From positions 1,080,001 to 1,112,000 of the forward strand of contig NC_007335.2 of assembly GCF_000012465.1 (NCBI RefSeq): DNA of 32,000 nucleotides, in the 5' to 3' direction. The DNA is from Prochlorococcus marinus str. NATL2A. GTDB lineage: Bacteria > Cyanobacteriota > Cyanobacteriia > PCC-6307 > Cyanobiaceae. Below, piece after piece: positions 7,549 to 16,152 of this stretch (positions are counted from its first letter, which is position 1; each line of letters begins with the position of its first letter). A model generated the notes under the pieces. It saw only the letters and a list, made by a program, of their open reading frames with translations, was not told the origin of the DNA and made no database searches. Both the position numbers and the translations under genes were made by a program.

Positions 7549-7980
7549 TTATTCAGTCGGGACAGTGGTCTTTTTACCTTTAGCTCCTGCTGAGGCGCTA
7601 AAAACCACCATCTCTTCATCACCTATGTTTTGACAATAATGAGCAGTATCCTGAGATGAAGCGAAGCTTTCACCAGCTCCTAATGTCAGTGATTGTCCGT
7701 CACTGGTTTCACAATAAAGAGTTCCTCTCTGAACATAAATAATCCCAGGCTGTGGATGTAAATGAAGAGGTGTTTTAAAACCAGCTTGAGCAGTTATTTT
7801 TTCAAGTTTCATTTCTGCTTTCCCTCTCGGGTACTTAAAAGAATCTCCATTCCACGATTCAGTTGCACTGATAAGAGTTTCTACTACCACTGGTTCAATG
7901 GATGTTTGCTTCTTTGGACTACAGGCAACTATTGGGATAGAAATTCCTGCTGTTAGTGCAAGAAGTAAAATGCGTCGCAT
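7549..7980 (-). CDS. cupin-domain lipoprotein
   Basis: Lipoprotein signal MRRILLLALTAGISIPIVAC. Cupin_2-like core FKTPLHLHPQPGIIYVQRGTLYCETSDGQSLTLGAGESF..DTAHYCQNIG. Paralog of 10895..11335. Confidence 0.8.
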   Translation of the reverse strand: MRRILLLALTAGISIPIVACSPKKQTSIEPVVVETLISATESWNGDSFKYPRGKAEMKLEKITAQAGFKTPLHLHPQPGIIYVQRGTLYCETSDGQSLTLGAGESFASSQDTAHYCQNIGDEEMVVFSASAGAKGKKTTVPTE

Positions 7981-8273
7981 AAAGCTATATAAATACCAGC
8001 TCGTTATAGCTGATCTAGATCAATCAGACATCTATTAAAAAAGGGATGACATAAAAACCCGAACTGGTTAGCCCTACCTGAACCGGCCTGTAGGAATATG
8101 GGCATTGCACTTATGTTGTAGACATCCTCACACATCTAGGAACAGCTTTTAGCCATGCTTGCATTAAACAAATCTACCGCAGCTAAACTATTAGTACTAT
8201 GGAATCTTCCTGTACTTCTTCTATTGGCAGGTGTTTTTGAAGTTGGATCTAAAGTAATGGTTTAAGCTGATAA

Positions 8274-8441
8274 TTATTTTTTACTTCTACGATTTGCTTT
8301 TCTAGTTCCGCCGTATCTATATCCCTCATTTTTAGTAAATTCTTGCCAACAATCCTTACAAGTAAAAATCCAATCTTTTTGTTTAGCACTGACAACTCGA
8401 TATTGAACTAGGCCGTTCTTTTTACAAATATCGCAAAACAT
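8274..8441 (-). CDS. 55-aa zinc-ribbon-like protein
   Basis: MFCDICKKNGLVQYRVVSAKQKDWIFTCKDCWQEFTKNEGYRYGGTRKANRRSKK. Two CxxC pairs and a basic tail. Hand-translated; below the track cutoff. Confidence 0.5.
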   Translation of the reverse strand: MFCDICKKNGLVQYRVVSAKQKDWIFTCKDCWQEFTKNEGYRYGGTRKANRRSKK

Positions 8442-8819
8442 TTTAGTTAGATTCGGTTAACCAGACTTAAAATCTGTGGATAAGTTAGACGTTCAAATAT
8501 TTAATTTATCTAACATAGTTATACGTCAGACAACTGTTAATCGAGGACTATAACTAGTTGGTTTCTGAGGAGGAGCACTGACGTTTTAAATTCACAGATC
8601 CACTCTTTAAAGCTCAGTAATAAAAAGAGTGGCCTTATTAAATTTTCAAAATAGTAAGAACTAAAGCTATTCAATTGTGTAGAGATAAATACTCATTCAG
8701 AATAAAGTTCGGATTCTTTTTAGGAAGTCATTAGTTGATGTAGTTATTCATAAAGTCCTTATCGTTTGGTTTTTATATAGAAACTCTCTAAGGTGCTTTT
8801 ATAAATAATTAATTTTTGG

Positions 8820-9008
8820 ATGCCTAACCCATTATTTGCAGTACCACTCAATATGGGTACAGGTACTTGGATCGTAACGATTGTTGCTGGTTTAAGTTTT
8901 GTCGTGATGTTTGGTATTGCTTCTGCTTTTGGCGACTTCCAAGGGTTGATAAATACAACATTAGAAAATGATTCAATTGCAAGAGAGAACAGGCAAAACA
9001 AAAAATAA
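8820..9008 (+). CDS. 62-aa single-TM protein
   Basis: MPNPLFAVPLNMGTGTWIVTIVAGLSFVVMFGIASAFGDF.. followed by a polar tail. Preferred over two overlapping minus-strand ORFs of low-complexity composition. Confidence 0.45.
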   Translation: MPNPLFAVPLNMGTGTWIVTIVAGLSFVVMFGIASAFGDFQGLINTTLENDSIARENRQNKK

Positions 9009-9540
9009 AAAAAAGACTGAGCCAAGTCACTACCGATTTCTAGAGAGACCTTCTTCTTTTATGGGATGCATCATTGAACTAGCAACAAAAAGAGGCATGA
9101 TGATGAAAATACTCTTTTTGTAGAAATGGTCTTAATAAGATTGATTAAGGCGGATAAACTATTAGCCGAGGGTATTCAAAAAAAATTTAATTTAACCAAC
9201 TATCAAATGCTTTGCCTTAGTTGGGCAATCGGTTTAGTAATGGGAATAGTTATTGCAATTCTCTTTTTCTAAATCATCGTGGGAAAAGACAATACGTTTA
9301 AGTGGTTCTTAATCACCTATTTAGCAATTCCAATCTTTCTCATAGTTACTGTTTACGGATATTTAATTCTTAAGTGATGGATGATTATCGTTTAGGAGTT
9401 TTATTTTCAGTTTTTGATTTAAAGCCATTAGCAAGCTATAAGAACAAGATTTAATTGTTATCACTCCGATAGGTGGAGTTGTAAAAAGAACAGTAAATAT
9501 TTGAAGTTGCAACTACAACTTTTAGGTAGTGATATATGGC

Positions 9541-9639
9541 TTAGTAGCGAGCATAAAAATTAAATAAAATACCATAAACAAATACCCCCAGTCTGAACAA
9601 AGACTTTTTAATTATTTTGGTGGTAATAGATGTAGTCAT
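9541..9639 (-). CDS. 32-aa 'MTT' membrane peptide
   Basis: MTTSITTKIIKKSLFRLGVFVYGILFNFYARY. Its ATG overlaps the upstream TAA (TAATG). Confidence 0.3.
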   Translation of the reverse strand: MTTSITTKIIKKSLFRLGVFVYGILFNFYARY

Positions 9640-9746
9640 TACATGCACTGACGAAGTCTTTTAACGAGGATTGTTGAAAATCCAATAAACAACCCAGCGG
9701 GTACTGCCAAGCTTGCAATAATTACTGCTTCGTTAACTCCGTACAT
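9639..9746 (-). CDS. 35-aa membrane peptide
   Basis: MYGVNEAVIIASLAVPAGLFIGFSTILVKRLRQCM. Hand-translated. Confidence 0.3.
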   Translation of the reverse strand: MYGVNEAVIIASLAVPAGLFIGFSTILVKRLRQCM

Positions 9747-9767
9747 GGTTATACCTAGAAAATTTTT

Positions 9768-9900
9768 GCGAAGAGAGGACAGGATTGCACCAACTGTCCC
9801 CCGTTCTGATTTGATGATGCTTTCGTATCACGCCATCAACGTTCAAATAAACTAAGAAGAACATTTCTCACCTTGATGTTCGGTTGAGGTAGGGCTTTCC
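9768..9900 (+). repeat. A-element copy A2
   Basis: gcgaagagaggacaggattgcaccaactgtcccccgttc ... gatgttcggttgaggtagggctttcc. Confidence 0.75.
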
Positions 9901-9947
9901 TATTTATTTTTTTTGTTGTACTTAGAGCTCTATATTGATTAGAAATT

Positions 9948-10283
9948 TTATGTTTTTTCAATTGGTGCCATTGTTAATCCTTTGCTGATCAGTTGCTGAT
10001 GATATAACTCTGCCTGTTCAAAGGGGCCTCTCCATACTTCCGCTAAACCTTCCCTATCTACTTCGACTGCAAGTTCCCATGATCTTTTTTCACTCATTCC
10101 TGGGATGATTGTCACAAGACAATTTGCCACATGTTCAAACGTATTAAAATTATCATCAAGCACTATTATTCTTGCTTCTGGATATTTTATTTTTGTTGTC
10201 TTTGGGTCTAAGACTGTAGTAGTTGAATTGGTTGAAAATTTCATAGCTGTTGCTGCTGTTAATTGCAAAACATCCTTCAACAT
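9948..10283 (-). CDS. clpS: ATP-dependent Clp protease adaptor ClpS
   Basis: YPEARIIVLDDNFNTFEHVANCLVTIIPGMSEKRSWELAVEVDREGLAEVWRGPFEQAELYHQQL matches the ClpS core (compare E. coli ..[25 protein letters not shown]..G.A.). The start could be the internal Met (MKFSTN). Confidence 0.85.
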   Translation of the reverse strand: MLKDVLQLTAATAMKFSTNSTTTVLDPKTTKIKYPEARIIVLDDNFNTFEHVANCLVTIIPGMSEKRSWELAVEVDREGLAEVWRGPFEQAELYHQQLISKGLTMAPIEKT

Positions 10284-10316
10284 TGAGGCAGTGATCTAAG
10301 CATCAAAAAGCTCTCT

Positions 10317-10514
10317 TTATTCTTCCCTTTTCCACTCCCTATACCATTGGCGATCATCAAGCCATCTAATGAGAGGCCAATTAATGAGTATGGATGCAAA
10401 CAGAACTCCAAAAGTAGAAAATCTTCCTGAATTAATAACAAATAGAAGAGTTGGAGGTATGGACATGATTACTGCTGTAAGGCATGCTCTTCTGGCGGAC
10501 ATTTTTGTTCTCAT
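10317..10514 (-). CDS. 65-aa 2-TM membrane protein, upstream of clpS
   Basis: Hydrophobic segments ACLTAVIMSIPPTLLFVI and FGVLFASILINWPLI. Same strand as clpS, 34 nt upstream of it. Confidence 0.5.
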   Translation of the reverse strand: MRTKMSARRACLTAVIMSIPPTLLFVINSGRFSTFGVLFASILINWPLIRWLDDRQWYREWKREE

Positions 10515-10663
10515 AACAAGATCTTATCCTTTTTTAGACCTACAACTATTCGGCTTGAACAATAAGTAAATAACCTGACAGTGTTAATACTCAACTTCCG
10601 GTTTTTTCTAGACAAACACTGTTTGATGTGACCAAAATGCCCTTACAAGTCCTTACTTCGACT

Positions 10664-10825
10664 ATGGATTCTCATAAAGAAACTCATAGGTATGCTTTCG
10701 AGCTAGTAAAAGCAGCAAGGTCAATGCCAGTAGATCGGGCTGAAAAACAACCTCATATTCAAGAAATAAGAACTCAATATCAAAAACAAGCTTTAAAACT
10801 TAGAACAAATAAAAAGTTCAGCTAA
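10664..10825 (+). CDS. 53-aa 'MDS..HRYAF' family paralog
   Basis: MDSHKETHRYAFELVKAARSMPVDRAEKQPHIQEIRTQYQKQALKLRTNKKFS. The nucleotide context tccttacttcgactATGgattc is shared with 6422. Confidence 0.6.
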   Translation: MDSHKETHRYAFELVKAARSMPVDRAEKQPHIQEIRTQYQKQALKLRTNKKFS

Positions 10826-10894
10826 TCGTGTATTAATTCTGACTTCCCGAATTCTCTACAGGGGATATGATTTAAATTCAAACTTTTAAAATTA

Positions 10895-11335
10895 ATGCTT
10901 CAAAAGATCTTCAGTCTTATAGCCTTTATGGCTTTCTCATTGATGAGTTATGCACCTAGTGCTATTGCAGTTGAAGATAAACCCCCTGTAGATGTACAAG
11001 AACTTTTCACAAGCACAAAGCCAATTTATGGAGAGTCATTTACATATCCTGAAGGTAAAGGAGAAATGCGTCTTTATAAAGTTGATGTTCAACCAGGTGG
11101 TATTGTCCCCCTTCATTTTCATGAGGCACCATTAACCAGCTATATCGAAGAGGGTCAATTAACGCTGAAGACGAAGAAAGGTAAGAGCACAACTTTTCGT
11201 GAGGGAGATTCTTTTGTATTGTCAGCTGATACTCCTCCTCATACCATGGCGAATAATGGAAAAGTACCAGCAGTCATGTGGGTAACTGTTGCTGCAGCTG
11301 AGGGAGTTCCTACTCTCACCAATGTTGAAGGATAA
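10895..11335 (+). CDS. secreted cupin-domain protein
   Basis: Signal peptide MLQKIFSLIAFMAFSLMSYAPSAIA. Cupin core GGIVPLHFHEAPLTSYIEEGQLTLKTKKGKSTTFREGDSF..PPHTMANNG. Confidence 0.8.
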   Translation: MLQKIFSLIAFMAFSLMSYAPSAIAVEDKPPVDVQELFTSTKPIYGESFTYPEGKGEMRLYKVDVQPGGIVPLHFHEAPLTSYIEEGQLTLKTKKGKSTTFREGDSFVLSADTPPHTMANNGKVPAVMWVTVAAAEGVPTLTNVEG

Positions 11336-11374
11336 ATATTTTCGATTTCCACCAAATTGATATTTCTATAACAG

Positions 11375-11400
11375 GGGCTGACTTCGGTCAGTCCTTTTTT
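11375..11400 (+). terminator. rho-independent terminator (GGGCTGAC-loop-GTCAGTCC + T6)
   Basis: 8-bp stem gggctgac/gtcagtcc, ttcg loop, then tttttt, 40 nt after the cupin stop. Confidence 0.7.
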
Positions 11401-11721
11401 GAGTAATACTCGAAGTAGCTAGATCTTCTCCCACTTTGTTCTACAGCTGCTCAGCGGTGGAGTAATAAAATTCTGAATCAGGATTTAATTTGACTTCAGC
11501 CATAGGTCCCTTTTCTCTGAATACTTTTTAGCTCTTCTCTATTTAGGGAACCGCTATAAAGCCAAGGTGGTATTTCTACACATGCAATCTTGACTCACTG
11601 CAGCTAGAACTAGAATGTAAAGGAAACATAAAGCCAATCGCTCCTCTGGTGCTCTTAAGTCTGACATGTCAGATCTTCCTTCAAGAGAGCGTGAAGTTCC
11701 TACGAAGAAAACTCTGTAATC

Positions 11722-11970
11722 ATGTCCCTAACAACAATTAAATACATAATCAAACCTGATGGGAATGTAGAGGAAGAAGTTCAAGGAGTATTCGGCCATG
11801 ACTGCCAACGTATTACTAAGTCAATTGGAAATGAAGTAGGAGAGCTTGTTAGCCGTGATTATCTGGCATCATTCTTTATTACCGATTCCAATCCAACCGA
11901 AGCTAAGATTCAAAACCTTGAAGATGAAGACTGGCGTGAATGCTGTACTTCTTGGAAGTGTGCTGTGTAA
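11722..11970 (+). CDS. DUF2997-like small protein with Cys-rich tail
   Basis: IKYIIKPDGNVEEEVQGVFGHDCQRITKSIGNEVGEL fits my memory of the DUF2997 pattern (I.PDG.V...V.G..G..C). C-terminus is ..WRECCTSWKCAV. Confidence 0.55.
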   Translation: MSLTTIKYIIKPDGNVEEEVQGVFGHDCQRITKSIGNEVGELVSRDYLASFFITDSNPTEAKIQNLEDEDWRECCTSWKCAV

Positions 11971-12272
11971 ATTATTTTATTAGCAAAAAACACCCATTAG
12001 AGAAAGCTATTTGAAATATCTTCTTAATCATTCTTCTGATCTTTGATTTTCAAATTAATTCTTTGGTTTTCGTAATTTATAACCAAATCAATAAGTTGAT
12101 GATATGTCAATTTGATTTTTATGGCGTTAATAAATAGACGTATCCTTTTTCTTGATTTTGACGATTACTATCAATTTTGCTTTTTCAGCCGACCTCCAAT
12201 AGACAAAATTACTGCTGTAAAAAAAGATTTCCTATCGCGTAACAAATAAGTCATAATAAGCCAAGGTTCGTC

Positions 12273-12587
12273 TTGGCTAAAGTGTCTGATCTTTTATTCA
12301 AGGTAAATATCGAAATTGATCAAGTTCAGAAAAGTTTTGATTGCAAATCAGACCAAACTGTATTAGAGGCTGCTGCAAATGCAAATATTGAGCTACCGAG
12401 TTCTTGCCTTGTTGGGATGTGTTGTACATGTGCAGCCTTTCTCAAAGAAGGTTTAGTCGATATGGAAGCAATGGGGTTGAAGAGTGAATTACAAGAGCAA
12501 GGTTATGTCCTTTTATGTCAGGCCTATCCCAAATCAGATTTAAAAATAGTTGCGAATCAATTTGATGCTGTTTGGGATCAACGATAA
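12273..12587 (+). CDS. plant-type [2Fe-2S] ferredoxin
   Basis: Cys ligand pattern C-x4-C-x2-C (SSCLVGMCCTCAAF) plus a distal Cys in YVLLCQAYP. ~100 aa, TTG start. Confidence 0.85.
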   Translation: MAKVSDLLFKVNIEIDQVQKSFDCKSDQTVLEAAANANIELPSSCLVGMCCTCAAFLKEGLVDMEAMGLKSELQEQGYVLLCQAYPKSDLKIVANQFDAVWDQR

Positions 12588-12641
12588 ATTTAAAAAACAT
12601 CCTAAATTGAACTACATTTTGCAAAAAAGTTCTTACATAAA

Positions 12642-12938
12642 ATGACTGTTCATCCAGATTACGAAATTAAAATCAACATTAATGAGTTGATAGAAAAGAG
12701 AATTCCTTGCTGTGATTTACTACATCCTGATCACTGTTTGACAGAGCACCAGGTTTCGGAGATAGCACATGCTGTTAGTAAGGACTTAAATCTACATGAC
12801 ATTTACAAACAAGTTGATCAGCACATTATGAATTATGCAACTGCAGCTGGTGTTGATAATAAATCTCATTGGATAGAGCCAAATCTTCCCGATCTAGATA
12901 GGGATATGAAAGAAGAAGTAGAGATTGATTTTGAATAG
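12642..12938 (+). CDS. hypothetical 98-aa acidic protein
   Basis: Clean ATG ORF 55 nt after the ferredoxin gene, on the same strand. No family recognised. Confidence 0.55.
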   Translation: MTVHPDYEIKININELIEKRIPCCDLLHPDHCLTEHQVSEIAHAVSKDLNLHDIYKQVDQHIMNYATAAGVDNKSHWIEPNLPDLDRDMKEEVEIDFE

Positions 12939-13016
12939 TTAATCTGATTGTGTAGTCATTAATGCAATCAAGTTATTAATACGCTTATATAAAATAGAGA
13001 TATTTGGAAAATCTTA

Positions 13017-13190
13017 ATGAGTGGAGACAATCAGCATGTTTCTCAGCCTTTAAAGTTCTATATAGAAGAAATGACAGAAACAAAAAGAATTGCCATAGCT
13101 CACTTAGAAAAGAAATTATTTCCTGTCGCTAACTCTGTAATTTATTTAGACCAAAAGCGCAATGAATCAAGAGTTACTGAAGCTGCATAG
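13017..13190 (+). CDS. hypothetical 57-aa protein
   Basis: MSGDNQHVSQPLKFYIEEMTETKRIAIAHLEKKLFPVANSVIYLDQKRNESRVTEAA. Hand-translated. Confidence 0.35.
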   Translation: MSGDNQHVSQPLKFYIEEMTETKRIAIAHLEKKLFPVANSVIYLDQKRNESRVTEAA

Positions 13191-13523
13191 CATTTAAAGG
13201 TAAAGATCTTGTGAGAGATAGAACTTTCATTGGATTCAATTGTGAGGCTTGGTATCTATTGAAAAATCAATTCAATTCGATTAGATGAATCTCTGGCTTT
13301 TTGTAATTGACCAAGGAACTGGTATTTCGCTTCCCACCGGAACATCATTAGATGGTGTTCCGATTTGTGAGTTGGTTCCTTATGGTGCGATATCTTGATC
13401 TGCTTGGCAAGAATTTGAATGTACTAATTTCTTGAAAAGGTCAACCTTTTTATGTCTCAACGTATTTTTTAATACTGCAGAAATTAATTGAGCTATTAGA
13501 TTTATTAAAATTATTTAAATCAT

Positions 13524-13685
13524 ATGAATTCTTCTCTTACTACAGCCAGAAATATCAAATTAAACAAATTCTCCAAGATCGCGCTTACTATGACCTCCTC
13601 AACTTTTTTTCTTTACGGATTAGGTCAAGCACCGATATTTAAGAATTTCCTTGCTAGTGCTTTCTCTTGCTCTGGTGCAGGTTAA
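13524..13685 (+). CDS. hypothetical 53-aa protein
   Basis: MNSSLTTARNIKLNKFSKIALTMTSSTFFLYGLGQAPIFKNFLASAFSCSGAG, followed by the terminator at 13719. Confidence 0.35.
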   Translation: MNSSLTTARNIKLNKFSKIALTMTSSTFFLYGLGQAPIFKNFLASAFSCSGAG

Positions 13686-13718
13686 TCAAACTTGCGATCT
13701 CAAATCTTATAGTGACTT

Positions 13719-13743
13719 GGGCTGACTTAGGTCAGTCCTTTTT
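13719..13743 (+). terminator. rho-independent terminator, same hairpin family (GGGCTGACTTAGGTCAGTCC + T5)
   Basis: Hairpin plus T-run read directly from the sequence. Confidence 0.65.
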
Positions 13744-13823
13744 CATGAGATCAATCAGAAGTTCTAAATGTCTATTTCAAATGTGAAGAATCATATTCCT
13801 TAGTCCTTTGCCATGATGTAAAT

Positions 13824-14006
13824 ATGAACTTCGCTGATAACTGGGCACGGGTTTTTGTTGTGATTACTTTCCTGACTCTTGGAGAATCCCAGATCATTGG
13901 AGGCATCGTCCCAAACCTGATTGCATTTGGATTGTTTCTTGGAGCAATTGGATACTTTGCTTCAACTGGAAAAATGGCTGAAATGTTCGGCTGGAAAAGG
14001 AAGTAG
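13824..14006 (+). CDS. small TM protein, 'IIGGI(V/I)PNLI' family (3 copies in window)
   Basis: ..ESQIIGGIVPNLIAFGLFLGAIGYFASTGKMAEMFGWKRK. Near-identical core at 27131..27277 and a related one at 26979..27125. Confidence 0.55.
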   Translation: MNFADNWARVFVVITFLTLGESQIIGGIVPNLIAFGLFLGAIGYFASTGKMAEMFGWKRK

Positions 14007-14065
14007 AACAATCAGCTTTGATCTCATTCCTGACACAAAAACCTGTGCTAGAGCAAAGACATTTA

Positions 14066-14145
14066 AAAAGACAGGCTGGCAAACTTGTTTATGACTGATC
14101 GGGGAGCTCAGGATTAGAGCCTGCTACAAAATGCTCCTAAAGCAC
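14066..14145 (-). repeat. decayed tRNA-Pro 3'-half scar plus terminator hairpin (copy R1)
   Basis: aaaaagacaggctggcaaacttgtttatgactgatcggggagctcaggattagagcctgctacaaaatgctcctaaagcac aligns with the better copy at 28752..28827. Confidence 0.65.
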
Positions 14146-14285
14146 TGAACAGCATATCGGTAATACTAGGTTTTTGAGCTATAGTAATATCGTCAAATTT
14201 TGCCGAGTTTGTCATGACAAATAAAGCAATATTTGTCTGCAATTTGTCCGCATATTTAAAATAGATAAAAGGTAACTTTGACAAA

Positions 14286-15008
14286 ATGGCTACCAGAATT
14301 AATAAATATTTAAGTGAAGTCGGTTACTGTTCTAGAAGAGTCGCAGATAGACTAATTGAAGAAGGAAAAGTAGTCATTAATGGTAAAATTCCAGAAAAGG
14401 GTACGAAGGTAGAGGAAGGTGATCAAGTAAAAGTTGACGGTCAAAGAATAGAAAAATCAACGAAACAAAAAAATATATACTTAGCCTTTAATAAACCTGT
14501 TGGGATTGTTTGCACAACCGATAGAAGAGTAGAACACGACAACATTATAGATTTCATTAAATATCCTACAAGAATTTTTCCTATTGGAAGATTGGATAAG
14601 CCCAGTGAGGGACTAATTTTTTTAACTAACGATGGAGATATCGTAAATAAGATACTCAGAGCAAGAAATAATCATGAAAAAGAATACATCGTAAGCGTTA
14701 ATCGTCCGATTAATAGAGACTTTATTCAAAGTATGAGTAATGGAGTTGAAATACTAGAAACTATAACTAAGAATTGTTTCGTAAAACAATTGGGGGCGAA
14801 AAAATTTAAAATCATACTCACTCAAGGACTTAACCGTCAGATCAGGAGAATGTGTGAGTCCTTAGGCTACAGAGTAGAATCATTAAAGAGGGTAAGAATT
14901 ATGAATATTAAGTTAGACGTACCAATTGGAAAATATCGCGAATTTACCAAAGAAGAACTTTTAGAATTAAATGGATTACTCGAAAACTCTTCAAAAACAT
15001 TTGACTAA
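14286..15008 (+). CDS. rluF: 23S rRNA pseudouridine synthase, RluF/RsuA family
   Basis: N-terminal S4 domain RINKYLSEVGYCSRRVADRLIEEGKVVINGK. Catalytic motif FPIGRLDKPSEGLIFLTNDGDIVNKILRA..HEKEY. C-terminal LTQGLNRQIRRMCESLGY. Collinear with E. coli RluF as I remember it. Confidence 0.9.
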   Translation: MATRINKYLSEVGYCSRRVADRLIEEGKVVINGKIPEKGTKVEEGDQVKVDGQRIEKSTKQKNIYLAFNKPVGIVCTTDRRVEHDNIIDFIKYPTRIFPIGRLDKPSEGLIFLTNDGDIVNKILRARNNHEKEYIVSVNRPINRDFIQSMSNGVEILETITKNCFVKQLGAKKFKIILTQGLNRQIRRMCESLGYRVESLKRVRIMNIKLDVPIGKYREFTKEELLELNGLLENSSKTFD

Positions 15009-15095
15009 TCAAATATCCCCTCTTTTTTAGCTAAACAAGATTACATTTGTTTTTCTGTCTGCTTTTGTTGCGGACAGAATTTAATCAATAAAAAA

Positions 15096-15171
15096 GACAG
15101 GCTGGCAAAACTGTCTGTGATTGATAGCGGATCACAGGATTAGAGCCTGCTACCAAATGCTCCCAAACCAC
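15096..15171 (-). repeat. decayed tRNA-Pro 3'-half scar plus terminator hairpin (copy R2)
   Basis: gacaggctggcaaaactgtctgtgattgatagcggatcacaggattagagcctgctaccaaatgctcccaaaccac. Same architecture as R1 and R3. Confidence 0.65.
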
Positions 15172-15235
15172 TAAAAAGGGCCCCTTCTGTAATGACAGAG
15201 AAGAAACCTTATTTATTAGATTTTAAAAACTAGAC

Positions 15236-15361
15236 TTAAACAATTCCTGGGATGATCCAGCCTGTTAATCCGTAGTTAATCACAGCCGCAAAGAAGCCCA
15301 TCATCGCAAGGCGGCCATTCATTTGCTCGGCTGTTTTCCAGTAGTTAGTTTCTTTATTCAT
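15236..15361 (-). CDS. hli: high-light-inducible protein (41 aa)
   Basis: MNKETNYWKTAEQMNGRLAMMGFFAAVINYGLTGWIIPGIV carries the HLIP/CAB helix motif E..NGR.AM.GF. Its ATG overlaps the upstream TGA (TGATG). Confidence 0.85.
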   Translation of the reverse strand: MNKETNYWKTAEQMNGRLAMMGFFAAVINYGLTGWIIPGIV

Positions 15362-15510
15362 CACACGAAACCTGGAATGATTTGACCTGTTGTTGCATAA
15401 GCACCAACTAGAGCAATGCATCCAAACAATGCTGCATAGCCGTTAAGTCTTTCTGCAGTTACCTTTTCAGGATCAATGTTTCTTCTGTTGTTGTTGTTTT
15501 GAGTAGTCAT
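15361..15510 (-). CDS. hli: high-light-inducible protein (49 aa)
   Basis: Hand-translated MTTQNNNNRRNIDPEKVTAERLNGYAALFGCIALVGAYATTGQIIPGFV. Missed by the ORF track (<60 aa). Its ATG overlaps the upstream TAA (TAATG). Confidence 0.8.
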   Translation of the reverse strand: MTTQNNNNRRNIDPEKVTAERLNGYAALFGCIALVGAYATTGQIIPGFV

Positions 15511-15629
15511 TAAACAACACCTGGGATAAGTTGACCTGTTGTTAGGTAAACACCTGTTAGAAGAACGAATGCCATCATGGCTGGTCTGCCGATGCTTCTT
15601 TCTAGAATTGTTTTGTTAGATGGTTGCAT
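15510..15629 (-). CDS. hli: high-light-inducible protein (39 aa)
   Basis: MQPSNKTILERSIGRPAMMAFVLLTGVYLTTGQLIPGVV. The track ORF 15510..15728 is an artefactual N-terminal extension of this. Confidence 0.75.
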   Translation of the reverse strand: MQPSNKTILERSIGRPAMMAFVLLTGVYLTTGQLIPGVV

Positions 15630-15649
15630 TGTTGTTAGTAGTTGTTGAT

Positions 15650-15757
15650 TTAGAAAATTCCAGGAATGATTTGACCTGTTGTTGCGTATGCACCGAAGGC
15701 TGCAACGAAGCCCAGCATTGCTGCCCAACCATTAAACTTTTCTGCTTCTGGAGTCAT
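15650..15757 (-). CDS. hli: high-light-inducible protein (35 aa)
   Basis: Hand-translated MTPEAEKFNGWAAMLGFVAAFGAYATTGQIIPGIF. Motif E.FNGW.AM.GF. Confidence 0.8.
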   Translation of the reverse strand: MTPEAEKFNGWAAMLGFVAAFGAYATTGQIIPGIF

Positions 15758-15964
15758 TACTAGAATTGAGTAGATGTGTATGAACATAAAGTATTAACTT
15801 TGTGGCTTAAAGATACGGTCAGGTACGGCTTCTTCTAACAATCAATAGAAAGAAGCCTTAAACACTAATGACAGCAACTAATTAGAGAGATATTTATCCA
15901 ATGATTAGATCTGCTGATGACTCTAATAAGCATAAATAGCCCGAACCCGTACCCCTACTTCAAA

Positions 15965-16008
15965 CCCAATCGATTTAAGTAACAAAGGACGCAATAGACG
16001 TTTTATTT
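15965..16008 (-). repeat. D-repeat copy 2
   Basis: The reverse complement aataaaacgtctattgcgtcctttgttacttaaatcgattggg matches 24651..24703. Confidence 0.6.
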
Positions 16009-16152
16009 CCCCTCAAGACAAACAAAATTTTAAAAAGCCCCGCAGCTTTCATATCTTTATAAGCTTCTCCATTTTTTATGCATTGATCTAAATCTCTCAT
16101 TTCATTATTATCCAAACCAGACTCTCACATGTATAGGTCTTAACCAAACACT

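Noticed and set aside
8759-9030. Two overlapping minus-strand ORFs (8759..9025, 8848..9030)
   Set aside because: They overlap each other and the plus-strand ORF 8820..9008, which has a cleaner TM-plus-tail architecture. The choice is not certain.
13772-14082. Minus-strand ORFs 13772..14011 and 13894..14082
   Set aside because: They overlap the plus-strand IIGGIVPNLI-family ORF, which is supported by two paralogs elsewhere in the window.
15236-15728. Long forms of track ORFs 15236..15421 and 15510..15728
   Set aside because: The N-terminal extensions (MHCSSWCLCNNRSNHS.., MGSNAGLRCSLRC..) are out-of-frame read-through of the upstream hli genes on the same strand. They are replaced by four short hli genes.
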